DNA of 64,000 nt from assembly GCA_964652835.1 (NCBI GenBank), contig CAZZCB010000001.1:26935-90934 (forward strand), in the 5' to 3' direction. Within the stretch, counting starts at the first letter, position 1, and every line of letters starts with the position of its first letter. The notes beneath the pieces were generated by a model. It ran no database searches and had not been told where the DNA came from. It worked only from the letters and a program-made list of their open reading frames with translations. Of this stretch, positions 44,604-52,245 are shown in pieces. The translations under genes and the position numbers were made by a program. This DNA is from an uncultured Candidatus Saccharibacteria bacterium. Lineage in GTDB: Bacteria > Patescibacteriota > Minisyncoccia > Phycocordibacterales > CSBR16-119.

Positions 44604-45125
44604 ATGGGATCATCACATAAAAAACAAGGAAAAATTGCTGACAACAATGCGAAAAAATCTCAAGTTTTTTCTAAACTTGTCAGACTTATACAAGCAGAAT
44701 CTAAAAAATCAGGAGGTGATCAAAACTCTCCAGGTCTTCGTGTTGCTATCGAACGAGCAAGGAAAGAAAATATGCCAAGCGACACTCTCGAAAGAGCTAT
44801 TAAAAAAGGTTCTGAACCGGGGGTTGATTTACAGCCTGTTTTATTCGAGGCTTACGGCCCAGCGGGAATAGGAATTATCATCACTGGGCTTACAGACAAC
44901 AACAATAGAACGAGTCAGGCAGTAAAACATATTCTTTCAAAAAACGGATCATCTCTTGGGGGCGCCGGATCTGTGGCTTGGAATTTTTCTAAAAATGCCG
45001 AAGGCGAGTGGACTCCAAATACTACAATGAGCGCAAGTGAAGAAGATTTAGAAAAACTTTCTATCATCATAGAAGCTCTTGAAGAAAACGAAGACATCCA
45101 AGATGTTTATACAAATGCAGAATAA
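44604..45125 (+). CDS. YebC/PmpR-family protein, shortened (173 aa, lacks middle domain)
   Basis: KSGGDQNSPGLRVAIERARKENMPSDTLERAIKKG and C-terminal EDIQDVYTN match YebC. About 70 residues shorter than canonical YebC. Confidence 0.65.
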   Translation: MGSSHKKQGKIADNNAKKSQVFSKLVRLIQAESKKSGGDQNSPGLRVAIERARKENMPSDTLERAIKKGSEPGVDLQPVLFEAYGPAGIGIIITGLTDNNNRTSQAVKHILSKNGSSLGGAGSVAWNFSKNAEGEWTPNTTMSASEEDLEKLSIIIEALEENEDIQDVYTNAE

Positions 45126-45147
45126 ATAAATTTTTCAATAAGAAAAA

Positions 45148-45169
45148 GCTCCGGACACGTGTCCGGAGC
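45148..45169. terminator. bidirectional terminator
   Basis: gctccggacacgtgtccggagc perfect hairpin. Confidence 0.65.
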
Positions 45170-45186
45170 AAAAACATGGAATATTT

Positions 45187-45792
45187 TCACGATGCAATGA
45201 ATGCATCGACGGCCTTAAGCTTCGCAATTTCCACTTGCGAAACCGGCCCCACCAACTTCCCCGAAGTAAGTGTGCGCATTTTACCAAAACGACCAGTGTG
45301 AACGAACCTCTCTTCGTGACAGCGCAGAACATAACCGTCCCAATTGCCATCTTTAATGAGGTTCCAGTCGCGCTCAGTAATGAACACGCTCTCAATCGGA
45401 CCGTACAGCCACGCGATAGATATTTCAGGAAGTGGCGTTATCGGCCAAACTTTCCGAAAACCTGTCACGATAAATCCGTTCTCGGTCTTGAATCGGTTTC
45501 GGAAAGATCGAGCAGGAGCCATGTAGTCATCTTTACTATAGGGTATGGCTACCCACATAGATGCAACAGCGGCAACGTCCTCAAAATACTTACTACTTAA
45601 GACAACCATGTCGACCGGCACAGGGTGCTGGCAAGGAAGAAGTGCGACCCTCTCCTTAAACCATTCCTTGAGATCCATGGACCAATAACTGAGTGTCTCG
45701 GACAAGTTATCGGCGATTTCGAACTTTTTTTCGACATACATAAAAACTAAGACAATAATTGCAACGATGCAGATGATGGTCAAGGTTGTCAT
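45187..45792 (-). CDS. membrane-anchored hypothetical protein (moderately high GC); start set at MTTLTIICIV
   Basis: N-terminal TM anchor. ORF track gives 45187..45846 with an 18-codon N-extension. Confidence 0.45.
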   Translation of the reverse strand: MTTLTIICIVAIIVLVFMYVEKKFEIADNLSETLSYWSMDLKEWFKERVALLPCQHPVPVDMVVLSSKYFEDVAAVASMWVAIPYSKDDYMAPARSFRNRFKTENGFIVTGFRKVWPITPLPEISIAWLYGPIESVFITERDWNLIKDGNWDGYVLRCHEERFVHTGRFGKMRTLTSGKLVGPVSQVEIAKLKAVDAFIAS

Positions 45793-45868
45793 GTTTGCGG
45801 GGGTTGGTTGGTTTTTGTTTAAGGAACAGTGGCTAAATATAAACATATATTTAGCTATTAGTCAATAC

Positions 45869-45916
45869 TTCCACTCTTTGAAAACTCGAGCGAACTCAAG
45901 TCCTCAAAAGTGGAGC
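45869..45916. repeat. 48-bp palindromic intergenic element, copy 1 (CCACTCTTTGAAAA-N19-TCAAAAGTGGAG)
   Basis: Direct comparison with copies at 46632 and 47851. Confidence 0.8.
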
Positions 45917-45938
45917 CCTGTAAAAACAGAGCTACGCT

Positions 45939-46619
45939 TTATTGTTTTTTCAAATTTCTCAAATACCCTCCGTCTATTGGTATAACCATATTACTAATCA
46001 CGTTTTGATTCACTAACCAAAAAATAGATTCAGCCACTTCTTCCGGGTTTAAAATTCTGCTCCCTGGTGAATCTTTTAAAACCTGATTAAATTTTTTACC
46101 AAAACCTTGTCTTGAAAGACCTGTGTCAACAAGTCCTGGAGCAACGCAATTAATAAATACGTCTTTTATTTTCATTAATTCATTTTCAAGTTTTTCATGT
46201 ACATCTTTTTCAAAAGAATAGTCTTTATTATCAGGAAGAAAAGTATACAGAGATCCAACCGCGCAAACATGACTTACGTTATTTGTTTTCAGCAATTCTT
46301 TTATTATTTGAACCCCGCCCAATTTTATTTCTTTATATAGTTTTTTATATTCTTTTGTTTTATCTTGAGAAAAAATTCCAGCGCAATGTATTATTTTTGA
46401 AATATTATATTTTTCTAATTTTTTAACCAACTCTTCTCTTTCTTTGTTTTTAGAAATATCGCATTGTATAAATTCAATATTTCCAAACACAGAAGCAAGG
46501 TCTCCTTTGTTTTCATTTCTACCAACAACAATAACCTCATTATCTTTTGATAATATTTTTGCTGTTTGGAAACCTATACCAGACGTTCCTCCTAAAATTA
46601 GTATTTTATTATTTTTCAT
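45939..46619 (-). CDS. SDR-family short-chain dehydrogenase/reductase
   Basis: ILILGGTSGIGFQTA (TGxxxGxG) and downstream Y/K catalytic region. Low GC, unlike flanking genes. Confidence 0.8.
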   Translation of the reverse strand: MKNNKILILGGTSGIGFQTAKILSKDNEVIVVGRNENKGDLASVFGNIEFIQCDISKNKEREELVKKLEKYNISKIIHCAGIFSQDKTKEYKKLYKEIKLGGVQIIKELLKTNNVSHVCAVGSLYTFLPDNKDYSFEKDVHEKLENELMKIKDVFINCVAPGLVDTGLSRQGFGKKFNQVLKDSPGSRILNPEEVAESIFWLVNQNVISNMVIPIDGGYLRNLKKQ

Positions 46620-46631
46620 ATATTTAAGTTA

Positions 46632-46679
46632 TTCCAATCTTTGAAAAATCAAATTTCTTTAATTTCTCAAAATTGGAGC
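46632..46679. repeat. 48-bp palindromic intergenic element, copy 2 (CCAATCTTTGAAAA-N19-TCAAAATTGGAG), fused to a GC hairpin 46673-46697
   Basis: Compensatory CCACT-to-CCAAT and AGTGG-to-ATTGG changes relative to copy 1. Confidence 0.8.
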
Positions 46680-46723
46680 CGACGAGTTTTCGTCGGCTCG
46701 AACTTCTTAGGCGCCGCTTAGTC

Positions 46724-47776
46724 CTACGAATCGTAGTGCCAAGCAGCGTCGAACACGGGTATCAAGAAATGTTTGCCAGACATCTTGTGCATCCGCGCCA
46801 ATTTCACAGCAACCGCAAACCCAGCCCTTCCTGTGCGACCAAACTCCGACAACGCTTCGTGGTGAAAGTCGTCCCACTTCACAACCCACTCACTTTTATC
46901 TGCCGGCTTAAAGCCAACAGATTCAATGAAGAGTTGATCTACGTAGTCGCTTGTCACCAATCCAACACCGTCGAGTAGTGGTATTGCCACATCAAGTGCG
47001 GGCATGGAAAAGGTGGTGTGAGAAGGTGATGATCCGGGTAAGTCATGTCGCAAAAACATGTCTGGGTTGATTCCAAAAATCCTTTCGTACTTCCCAGGAG
47101 GATAGTATTTGCGGTGAGCATTGCCAGATGCCACAGATTCAAACCCGAACACTTTCGATTGGGGAAAGAGTGACTTGAACCCGGTTGCCATGGGAAGTGC
47201 CGTGGTGCCATTACCCAAAGGGCAAATGACCACATCCGGTCGAATACCGGCTTCGACGACTTCTTCGACGAAGGGACGGAACGCATTAGTCGCAGCGTTG
47301 TTAATCGAAATTCCTCTCCCGAATATGTCACCCATCGCGTGGTTGATATATTTAGTTTCGGGATGTTTAGCAAGAAAAGCCTTGATAAACTCTGGGAATC
47401 CGTTCACGTACGCTTCGGCTGGCGTGAGGATAAGCTCCCCGCCAGCTTCTTCGATCGCCCGCTCACGAGCCTTCTCACCACCAGCAGGCACTGCGATCTT
47501 GATATTGTAACCAAGAGCAGTGGCAACTGCGGCTGCGGCACGTCCGCCACTGCCCGAAGTGGTTTCCAGAAGCGTGTCACCTGGCTTGATGAGGCCGAGG
47601 CACTCTTTCAAGTAGATGAGCTTCAGGAACACTCGGGAATAGTGGCACTCACCGTACGGCAACTTGTAGTCAAGTTTGAAGTGGTAAGTGTTACCCTCAA
47701 ACTCAATGGTTTCGATTGGCGAATTGCGGACTTCAGACATCATGCGTGTGTAGAGGTTTTTGCGCTGAGTGTTCAT
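46724..47776 (-). CDS. cysteine-synthase-like (PLP fold-type II) protein lacking the Schiff-base lysine, paralog 1
   Basis: Aligns along its length to CysK (TSGSGGRAAAAVATALGY, GEKARERAIE, LGNGTT). The SVKxR lysine motif is replaced by ECHYSR. About 52% GC. Confidence 0.7.
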   Translation of the reverse strand: MNTQRKNLYTRMMSEVRNSPIETIEFEGNTYHFKLDYKLPYGECHYSRVFLKLIYLKECLGLIKPGDTLLETTSGSGGRAAAAVATALGYNIKIAVPAGGEKARERAIEEAGGELILTPAEAYVNGFPEFIKAFLAKHPETKYINHAMGDIFGRGISINNAATNAFRPFVEEVVEAGIRPDVVICPLGNGTTALPMATGFKSLFPQSKVFGFESVASGNAHRKYYPPGKYERIFGINPDMFLRHDLPGSSPSHTTFSMPALDVAIPLLDGVGLVTSDYVDQLFIESVGFKPADKSEWVVKWDDFHHEALSEFGRTGRAGFAVAVKLARMHKMSGKHFLIPVFDAAWHYDS

Positions 47777-47790
47777 GATGGTTTATGTTA

Positions 47791-47809
47791 TGTGTTAGGC
47801 CTAAACACA
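47791..47809 (-). promoter_or_regulatory. 19-nt palindrome TGTGTTTAGGCCTAACACA, 14 nt upstream of the paralog-1 ATG
   Basis: Identical element with identical spacing upstream of paralog 2. Confidence 0.6.
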
Positions 47810-47850
47810 CAACATAAATTAATTTATATTTTTAAAAGAACTAAATATAT

Positions 47851-47897
47851 CTCCACTCTTTGAAAATTCCACCGAGGTGAAATTCTCAAAAGTAGAG
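47851..47897. repeat. palindromic intergenic element, copy 3 (CCACTCTTTGAAAA-N19-TCAAAAGTAGAG)
   Basis: The G-to-A change in the right arm gives a G-U wobble only if the element is transcribed from the minus strand. Confidence 0.8.
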
Positions 47898-48002
47898 ACA
47901 AGACCTTAGCCTTGTCTACTTTGGGTTGTTCGTCTCACGACGATCTTCAGTTTTAGGGGACCTTAGCTCCCTAACCAGAGGTTAGTCTGTCTGTGACTTT
48001 GA

Positions 48003-49103
48003 CTAGCTTTGTTTGGTTTTTTCCGTCTGCTCCCACCAGCTGTCGTAGCGGTTCGCGTGATCGTAGGCGACTATCAGGTAGTTTTGACCCTCGGTTTCCC
48101 GTGCCAAATTTTCTGCCACCTTATAGCCAGCCCAGGTCGTTCGACCGAAGGTCTTGAGCTCATTTGGGATGCCGGTGTCGAACACTATGGCATCTTTTGG
48201 GGGCTCTTGACCCGTGATCTCGGTGTACTCCCTGAGAGTGCTTGAATCCCAGACCAACTTCTCTGCTGCGAGAAGTGGCAAGGAAGCCTCCAGAGCGGGC
48301 ACATCGAAATGCACTCGGTAGCTCGTACCTGGCAACCTATGCCTTGAGAACTCTCCGCGTTGCGACAGGTTCATCCCGAACTCTTCTTCGAAGCGTCCAG
48401 GATAAAGTTTGTCGTACACGAAACCACTCTCAAAACTTTCGGCTCCAACGATCTTGACCGAAGGACACAACTCCTTGATCCTGCGACCATATCCGTTCTG
48501 GGTTGTCCCATTACCGGATATTGCCACAAAGACATCAGGGGTCACGTTCTCCATGTCGCGCAACGCTTCGTCTACCACGTTGGCACAGGCGGCCATCGCC
48601 TCTTCGTTCACCATGGGCACTTTCCCTTCCAGGACCATGCTGTGGTTAAAGAAGAAACAATCCCTATTTTTCGCAAGGAACTTCCTTGAGAAAACGGGTG
48701 CGCCGTCAACGTAAGCCAGAGAGTCAGTGAGGTGCAGTTGGTGTGAAGGAATCCACTCCAAGATTGCACGCTCACGAGCTTTTTCACCATCGGCAGGCAT
48801 CGCAACCTCGCACACATACCCGAGTTGGGCAGCGAGCGAAGCCATTGCGATGCCAGCGCTTCCACTGGTGAAATCGTAGACTCTTTGACCCGGCTTGATC
48901 AAACCCTTCTCTTCGAAGTGCTTGAACAAAGCCAAGTAGATACGGACATAGTGGTTGAAACCAGGAGCATTTTCACACTCGAGCTTCACAAACAACTTGT
49001 TCCCGTTGGGGAGCACGTTATTCATTTCCACTAATCGCGTGTTAGAGGTTTTCACCTCGAGGCGAGAGTAGAGTTGGGCGCGCTGAGTGTTCATGGGGTT
49101 CAT
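48003..49103 (-). CDS. cysteine-synthase-like protein lacking the Schiff-base lysine, paralog 2
   Basis: Same fold (TSGSAGIAMASLAAQLGY, GEKARERAILE, SGNGTT). SVKxR replaced by FNHYVR. Start set at ATG 49103 (MNPMNTQR). The ORF track starts at an upstream GTG (49136) inside the leader palindrome. Confidence 0.7.
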   Translation of the reverse strand: MNPMNTQRAQLYSRLEVKTSNTRLVEMNNVLPNGNKLFVKLECENAPGFNHYVRIYLALFKHFEEKGLIKPGQRVYDFTSGSAGIAMASLAAQLGYVCEVAMPADGEKARERAILEWIPSHQLHLTDSLAYVDGAPVFSRKFLAKNRDCFFFNHSMVLEGKVPMVNEEAMAACANVVDEALRDMENVTPDVFVAISGNGTTQNGYGRRIKELCPSVKIVGAESFESGFVYDKLYPGRFEEEFGMNLSQRGEFSRHRLPGTSYRVHFDVPALEASLPLLAAEKLVWDSSTLREYTEITGQEPPKDAIVFDTGIPNELKTFGRTTWAGYKVAENLARETEGQNYLIVAYDHANRYDSWWEQTEKTKQS

Positions 49104-49116
49104 GGGGTTAGGGTTA

Positions 49117-49135
49117 TGTGTTAGGCCTAAACACA
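49117..49135 (-). promoter_or_regulatory. 19-nt palindrome TGTGTTTAGGCCTAACACA, 14 nt upstream of the paralog-2 ATG
   Basis: See 47791..47809. Confidence 0.6.
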
Positions 49136-49188
49136 CAACCGAAACCTTTTCTGAAACTGAATCTTTTCGATGAACAACTTTCTGGACA

Positions 49189-49218
49189 TATCATAGCAGG
49201 TTTTGTCAATCTTGTCAA
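49189..49218 (-). promoter_or_regulatory. sigma70 promoter (tandem TTGACA TTGACA -18- TGcTATGAT) for the cysK-like pair
   Basis: Minus strand reads TTGACAagaTTGACAaaacctgcTATGAT. Confidence 0.55.
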
Positions 49219-49328
49219 ATTACTTTTTATATTTTGTTATATTTTTTCTAAAAAAACGTTGTGAATCAATGTTTAAAAACTGTTGATAACCTCTTTACAA
49301 CAATGAGTATTTTTAGTAGCATTTAGAC

Positions 49329-50090
49329 ATGGAAGATAAATTAAAAAGGCTAGGACTTACAGATAATGAAATAAAGGTGTATTTGTGTGTTCTTGAAAAC
49401 ACTAAAATAACCCCAGCAATGATTGCTCGAAAAACAGGCGTAACCCGCCCTACCTCCTACGGAGTAGGTAAATCTCTGGTAGAAAAAGGCTTTATTTTAG
49501 CCGACGAGCTCAGTCCAACGCTGTATTTCGTCGCCCTGCCCCCAGAAAACATAATAAAGTCTGTAAAAAAAGAAAGGCTTGAAATAGAAGAAAAGATAAA
49601 AATAGCAGAAGAGCTGAGTGCGGAGCTTTTATCTGTGCCAAAATCTAAAAACTATTCTGTGCCAAAAGTCAGATTTATAGACGAACACAGCTTTAAAGAC
49701 TTTATGTATGAAAGAGCTCCCGTTTGGAACAGCTCCGGACTTGCCGGCGACGGCACATGGTGGGGTTTCCAAGATCATGGACTTATAGACTATATTCCAG
49801 ACTGGTTTAAATGGTATTTTGATTTTTCTGCAGGGAAAATTAAATCAAACCTCATAACAAACGCCGAAGAAAGTGTGATGATTGGCGACAAGCTGCACGA
49901 GAAATATGAAAGACGGGCTAAATATTGGGCTGGTGCGGATAAAATAAAAGTTACGTATTCTGTTTTAGGTGACTTTGTTTTTATTGCAAACACACAAAGT
50001 AAGCCACACTATGTGGTGGAAATCCACGACGCTGTGATAGCTGAAAATATGCGACAAATCTTTAAGGGCTTTTGGGAGATGTTGCCTTAA
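49329..50090 (+). CDS. TrmB-family HTH transcriptional regulator
   Basis: N-terminal LGLTDNEIKVYLCVLENTKITPAMIARKTGVTRPTSYGVGKSLVEKGFI winged-helix region typical of TrmB. Divergent from the cysK-like pair. Confidence 0.55.
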   Translation: MEDKLKRLGLTDNEIKVYLCVLENTKITPAMIARKTGVTRPTSYGVGKSLVEKGFILADELSPTLYFVALPPENIIKSVKKERLEIEEKIKIAEELSAELLSVPKSKNYSVPKVRFIDEHSFKDFMYERAPVWNSSGLAGDGTWWGFQDHGLIDYIPDWFKWYFDFSAGKIKSNLITNAEESVMIGDKLHEKYERRAKYWAGADKIKVTYSVLGDFVFIANTQSKPHYVVEIHDAVIAENMRQIFKGFWEMLP

Positions 50091-50106
50091 GGGGTAAAAT
50101 ATAAAA

Positions 50107-50928
50107 ATGAATAATCTTTTTCTTATACAAATATTATCTTCTTTTTTAATTGGCGGAATTTTAATATCAGCCCTAACTTTCTGGTCTGAAAAACTAAATA
50201 GTAAATTGTCGGGGATCGTCGTCTCATTTCCAACAACTGTTGTTCTAGGTTTTATATTTTTATCTTGGGTTTCATCCCCAGAAATAATTCCCGAGGTTGC
50301 ACCTACCGCTATTGCAGTTTTAGGGGCCACAACACTGTTTACAAACTTTTATTCAAAAACTTCTATAAAGATTAGCAGGATTGTTAAACAAAAAATATTT
50401 CAAATAGCACTATCGTTTCTGATAAGTAGCGCCATGTGGATCATTATCTCGTCTATTATTGTGTCGCTTAAAATAAGTCTACCTATTTCGATTTTTGTTT
50501 ATTTTATACTAATGACAATAAGTCATTTGTGGTTTAAAGAAGGAAACAAAAATAAAACAAAAGATCTTATTAAGATTAAAAAATACAACTTGTCACAAAA
50601 AATATTTCGCGGAATATTTGTTGGAATAATCGTTGTTCTTATAACAATATTAAGTAAAACTTTAACCTCTTTTTGGGGTAGTGTTTTTTCTGTTTTCCCG
50701 GCAGCTTTTTCGTCGGTTCTAATGATCTACCACTTTAATTATGGAACACAAAAACTATCTCTTGTTTCTCGAAATATGCCGATTGGATCAATATCTATAT
50801 TAATATATATTTTAGGCTGTTATTTTACTTTTCCAATTATGGGTGTGCTTTTGAGCACACTAATTTCTTTATTATTTAGTCTAATTACTTCAGTCTTTTT
50901 ATTTAAAATAAAAACTCACCGAGGGTAA
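50107..50928 (+). CDS. polytopic membrane protein (about 8 TM), unknown function
   Basis: ORF track; hydrophobic throughout. Confidence 0.5.
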   Translation: MNNLFLIQILSSFLIGGILISALTFWSEKLNSKLSGIVVSFPTTVVLGFIFLSWVSSPEIIPEVAPTAIAVLGATTLFTNFYSKTSIKISRIVKQKIFQIALSFLISSAMWIIISSIIVSLKISLPISIFVYFILMTISHLWFKEGNKNKTKDLIKIKKYNLSQKIFRGIFVGIIVVLITILSKTLTSFWGSVFSVFPAAFSSVLMIYHFNYGTQKLSLVSRNMPIGSISILIYILGCYFTFPIMGVLLSTLISLLFSLITSVFLFKIKTHRG

Positions 50929-50932
50929 GTTT

Positions 50933-51463
50933 TTATTTTTTGTTTAGTTTTAATAAATTATCCACCGCCTTTTTGTAGGAAGAAGTAAAATAAATTTTGT
51001 CTTTAGAATACTTTTTCTTTGATATTTTTATTATTGTTTTAAGATAATCTGTTATTCCGTCCGTTCCCTCTAAAACAGAAACTGGTAAACCTTCTTCTAT
51101 CGCAATAGTAAATTCTGAAAGCGTGCCTATCCGGCCGTTTAAAACGATGGCGCCGTCAATACTTTTTATCATTGCCAAACTTCTGGCGGTAAAACCGGGG
51201 ATGAATTTTTTGTTGCGATAGAAATCGAGACAGTGATTGTCGTGACGTTTATCGTGGTCTTTTTTATTTTTATCTGGAGAGTAGACGGATGTTTTTCCTC
51301 CGAGTTTATATGTGTGTTCAGCGATAATACCTGGAATCCCTAAAGATCCGCCAGTAACAACTTCTACACCTTTTTCTTTTAAATATTCTGCGATACTTTT
51401 TGCAAGTTTTTTATTTTTACTTGAAACTTTAAAGCTCGCCGAACTAAAAATTCCTATTTTCAT
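50933..51463 (-). CDS. LOG-family (TIGR00725/TIGR00730-type) Rossmann-fold protein
   Basis: VTGGSLGIPGIIAE and NGRIGTLSEFTIAIEEG resemble the LOG GGGxG ... PGGxGTxxE motifs. Confidence 0.55.
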   Translation of the reverse strand: MKIGIFSSASFKVSSKNKKLAKSIAEYLKEKGVEVVTGGSLGIPGIIAEHTYKLGGKTSVYSPDKNKKDHDKRHDNHCLDFYRNKKFIPGFTARSLAMIKSIDGAIVLNGRIGTLSEFTIAIEEGLPVSVLEGTDGITDYLKTIIKISKKKYSKDKIYFTSSYKKAVDNLLKLNKK

Positions 51464-51464
51464 G

Positions 51465-52145
51465 TTAACGTTTCTTAAATTTCATAACCATAAACCCTGG
51501 ATAAATATCTCCATCAATTTTTTCTGCAGCTGGATCATATCTTTCGTCGAACAATTCAAGATTAAACTTACTTAATATTTCTGGAGAAAAATATTCATAA
51601 AAAGTATGGGTTGGTTCTTTTACAGTTAGTGATCCATTAAACAAAACAGAATCTACAATTTTTGTTTTGAAGTAATTTTTGTTTTTACCTCTTCTTTCCA
51701 TGTATTGTCTTAATGGGTGTGTAACCAATAGAATAAAATATCCATTCTTTTTTAAAAGCCTGTGAGCTTCGCTAAAAACCTTACCAATATTTTTTGATGT
51801 TTGCATTGCATATTTACTCACAACTAAATCAAAGCTTTTATCTGGAAATTTCACTTTCTCAAAGTCAGAGAGTTTTATATTTTCAGAAAAAGATGGATTG
51901 TTTATTTTTGCCATTTTTATAAATTCCAAAGACATATCTACTCCGTAAACAACGGCTCCTAATTTTGAGTAGTAGTTCATATCCTTGCCATCTCCACAAC
52001 CTAGATCAAGGATTTTTTTATTTTTAATATCTTTTGACAAAACTTCATAAAGAACAGCCCTATTAACCCAATTTTGGTCTTCGTGTGTATTTGAAAATAC
52101 GATTGCTATTTCTTCATATTGTTTTTTTATTCTTAATGTTTTCAT
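51465..52145 (-). CDS. class I SAM-dependent methyltransferase
   Basis: ILDLGCGDGKDMNYYSKLGAVVYGVDMS (motif I). Stop is 1 nt from the LOG-family start. Confidence 0.8.
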   Translation of the reverse strand: MKTLRIKKQYEEIAIVFSNTHEDQNWVNRAVLYEVLSKDIKNKKILDLGCGDGKDMNYYSKLGAVVYGVDMSLEFIKMAKINNPSFSENIKLSDFEKVKFPDKSFDLVVSKYAMQTSKNIGKVFSEAHRLLKKNGYFILLVTHPLRQYMERRGKNKNYFKTKIVDSVLFNGSLTVKEPTHTFYEYFSPEILSKFNLELFDERYDPAAEKIDGDIYPGFMVMKFKKR

Positions 52146-52245
52146 ATGTCTTAAATAGTATCGGAAAGTCTTGACATTATCAAAATATATGCCTAAATAT
52201 AGATATTATTAAACTTTTAGTTTAAAAAATGATATACTTGCCTAC

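Noticed and set aside
45869-47897. Possible CRISPR array, from the three copies of a palindromic repeat
   Set aside because: Only three copies. They are separated by 0.7-1.2 kb gene-containing intervals rather than 30-40 bp spacers. The repeats are imperfect and 48 bp long with an internal variable spacer. No cas genes.
45135-49330. Classical integron, from cassette-like gene/element alternation
   Set aside because: No intI-type tyrosine recombinase or attI is visible upstream of the array. The adjacent gene is a TrmB-like regulator. The elements lack clear RYYYAAC/GTTRRRY core sites. Kept only as a cassette-like analogy in the findings.
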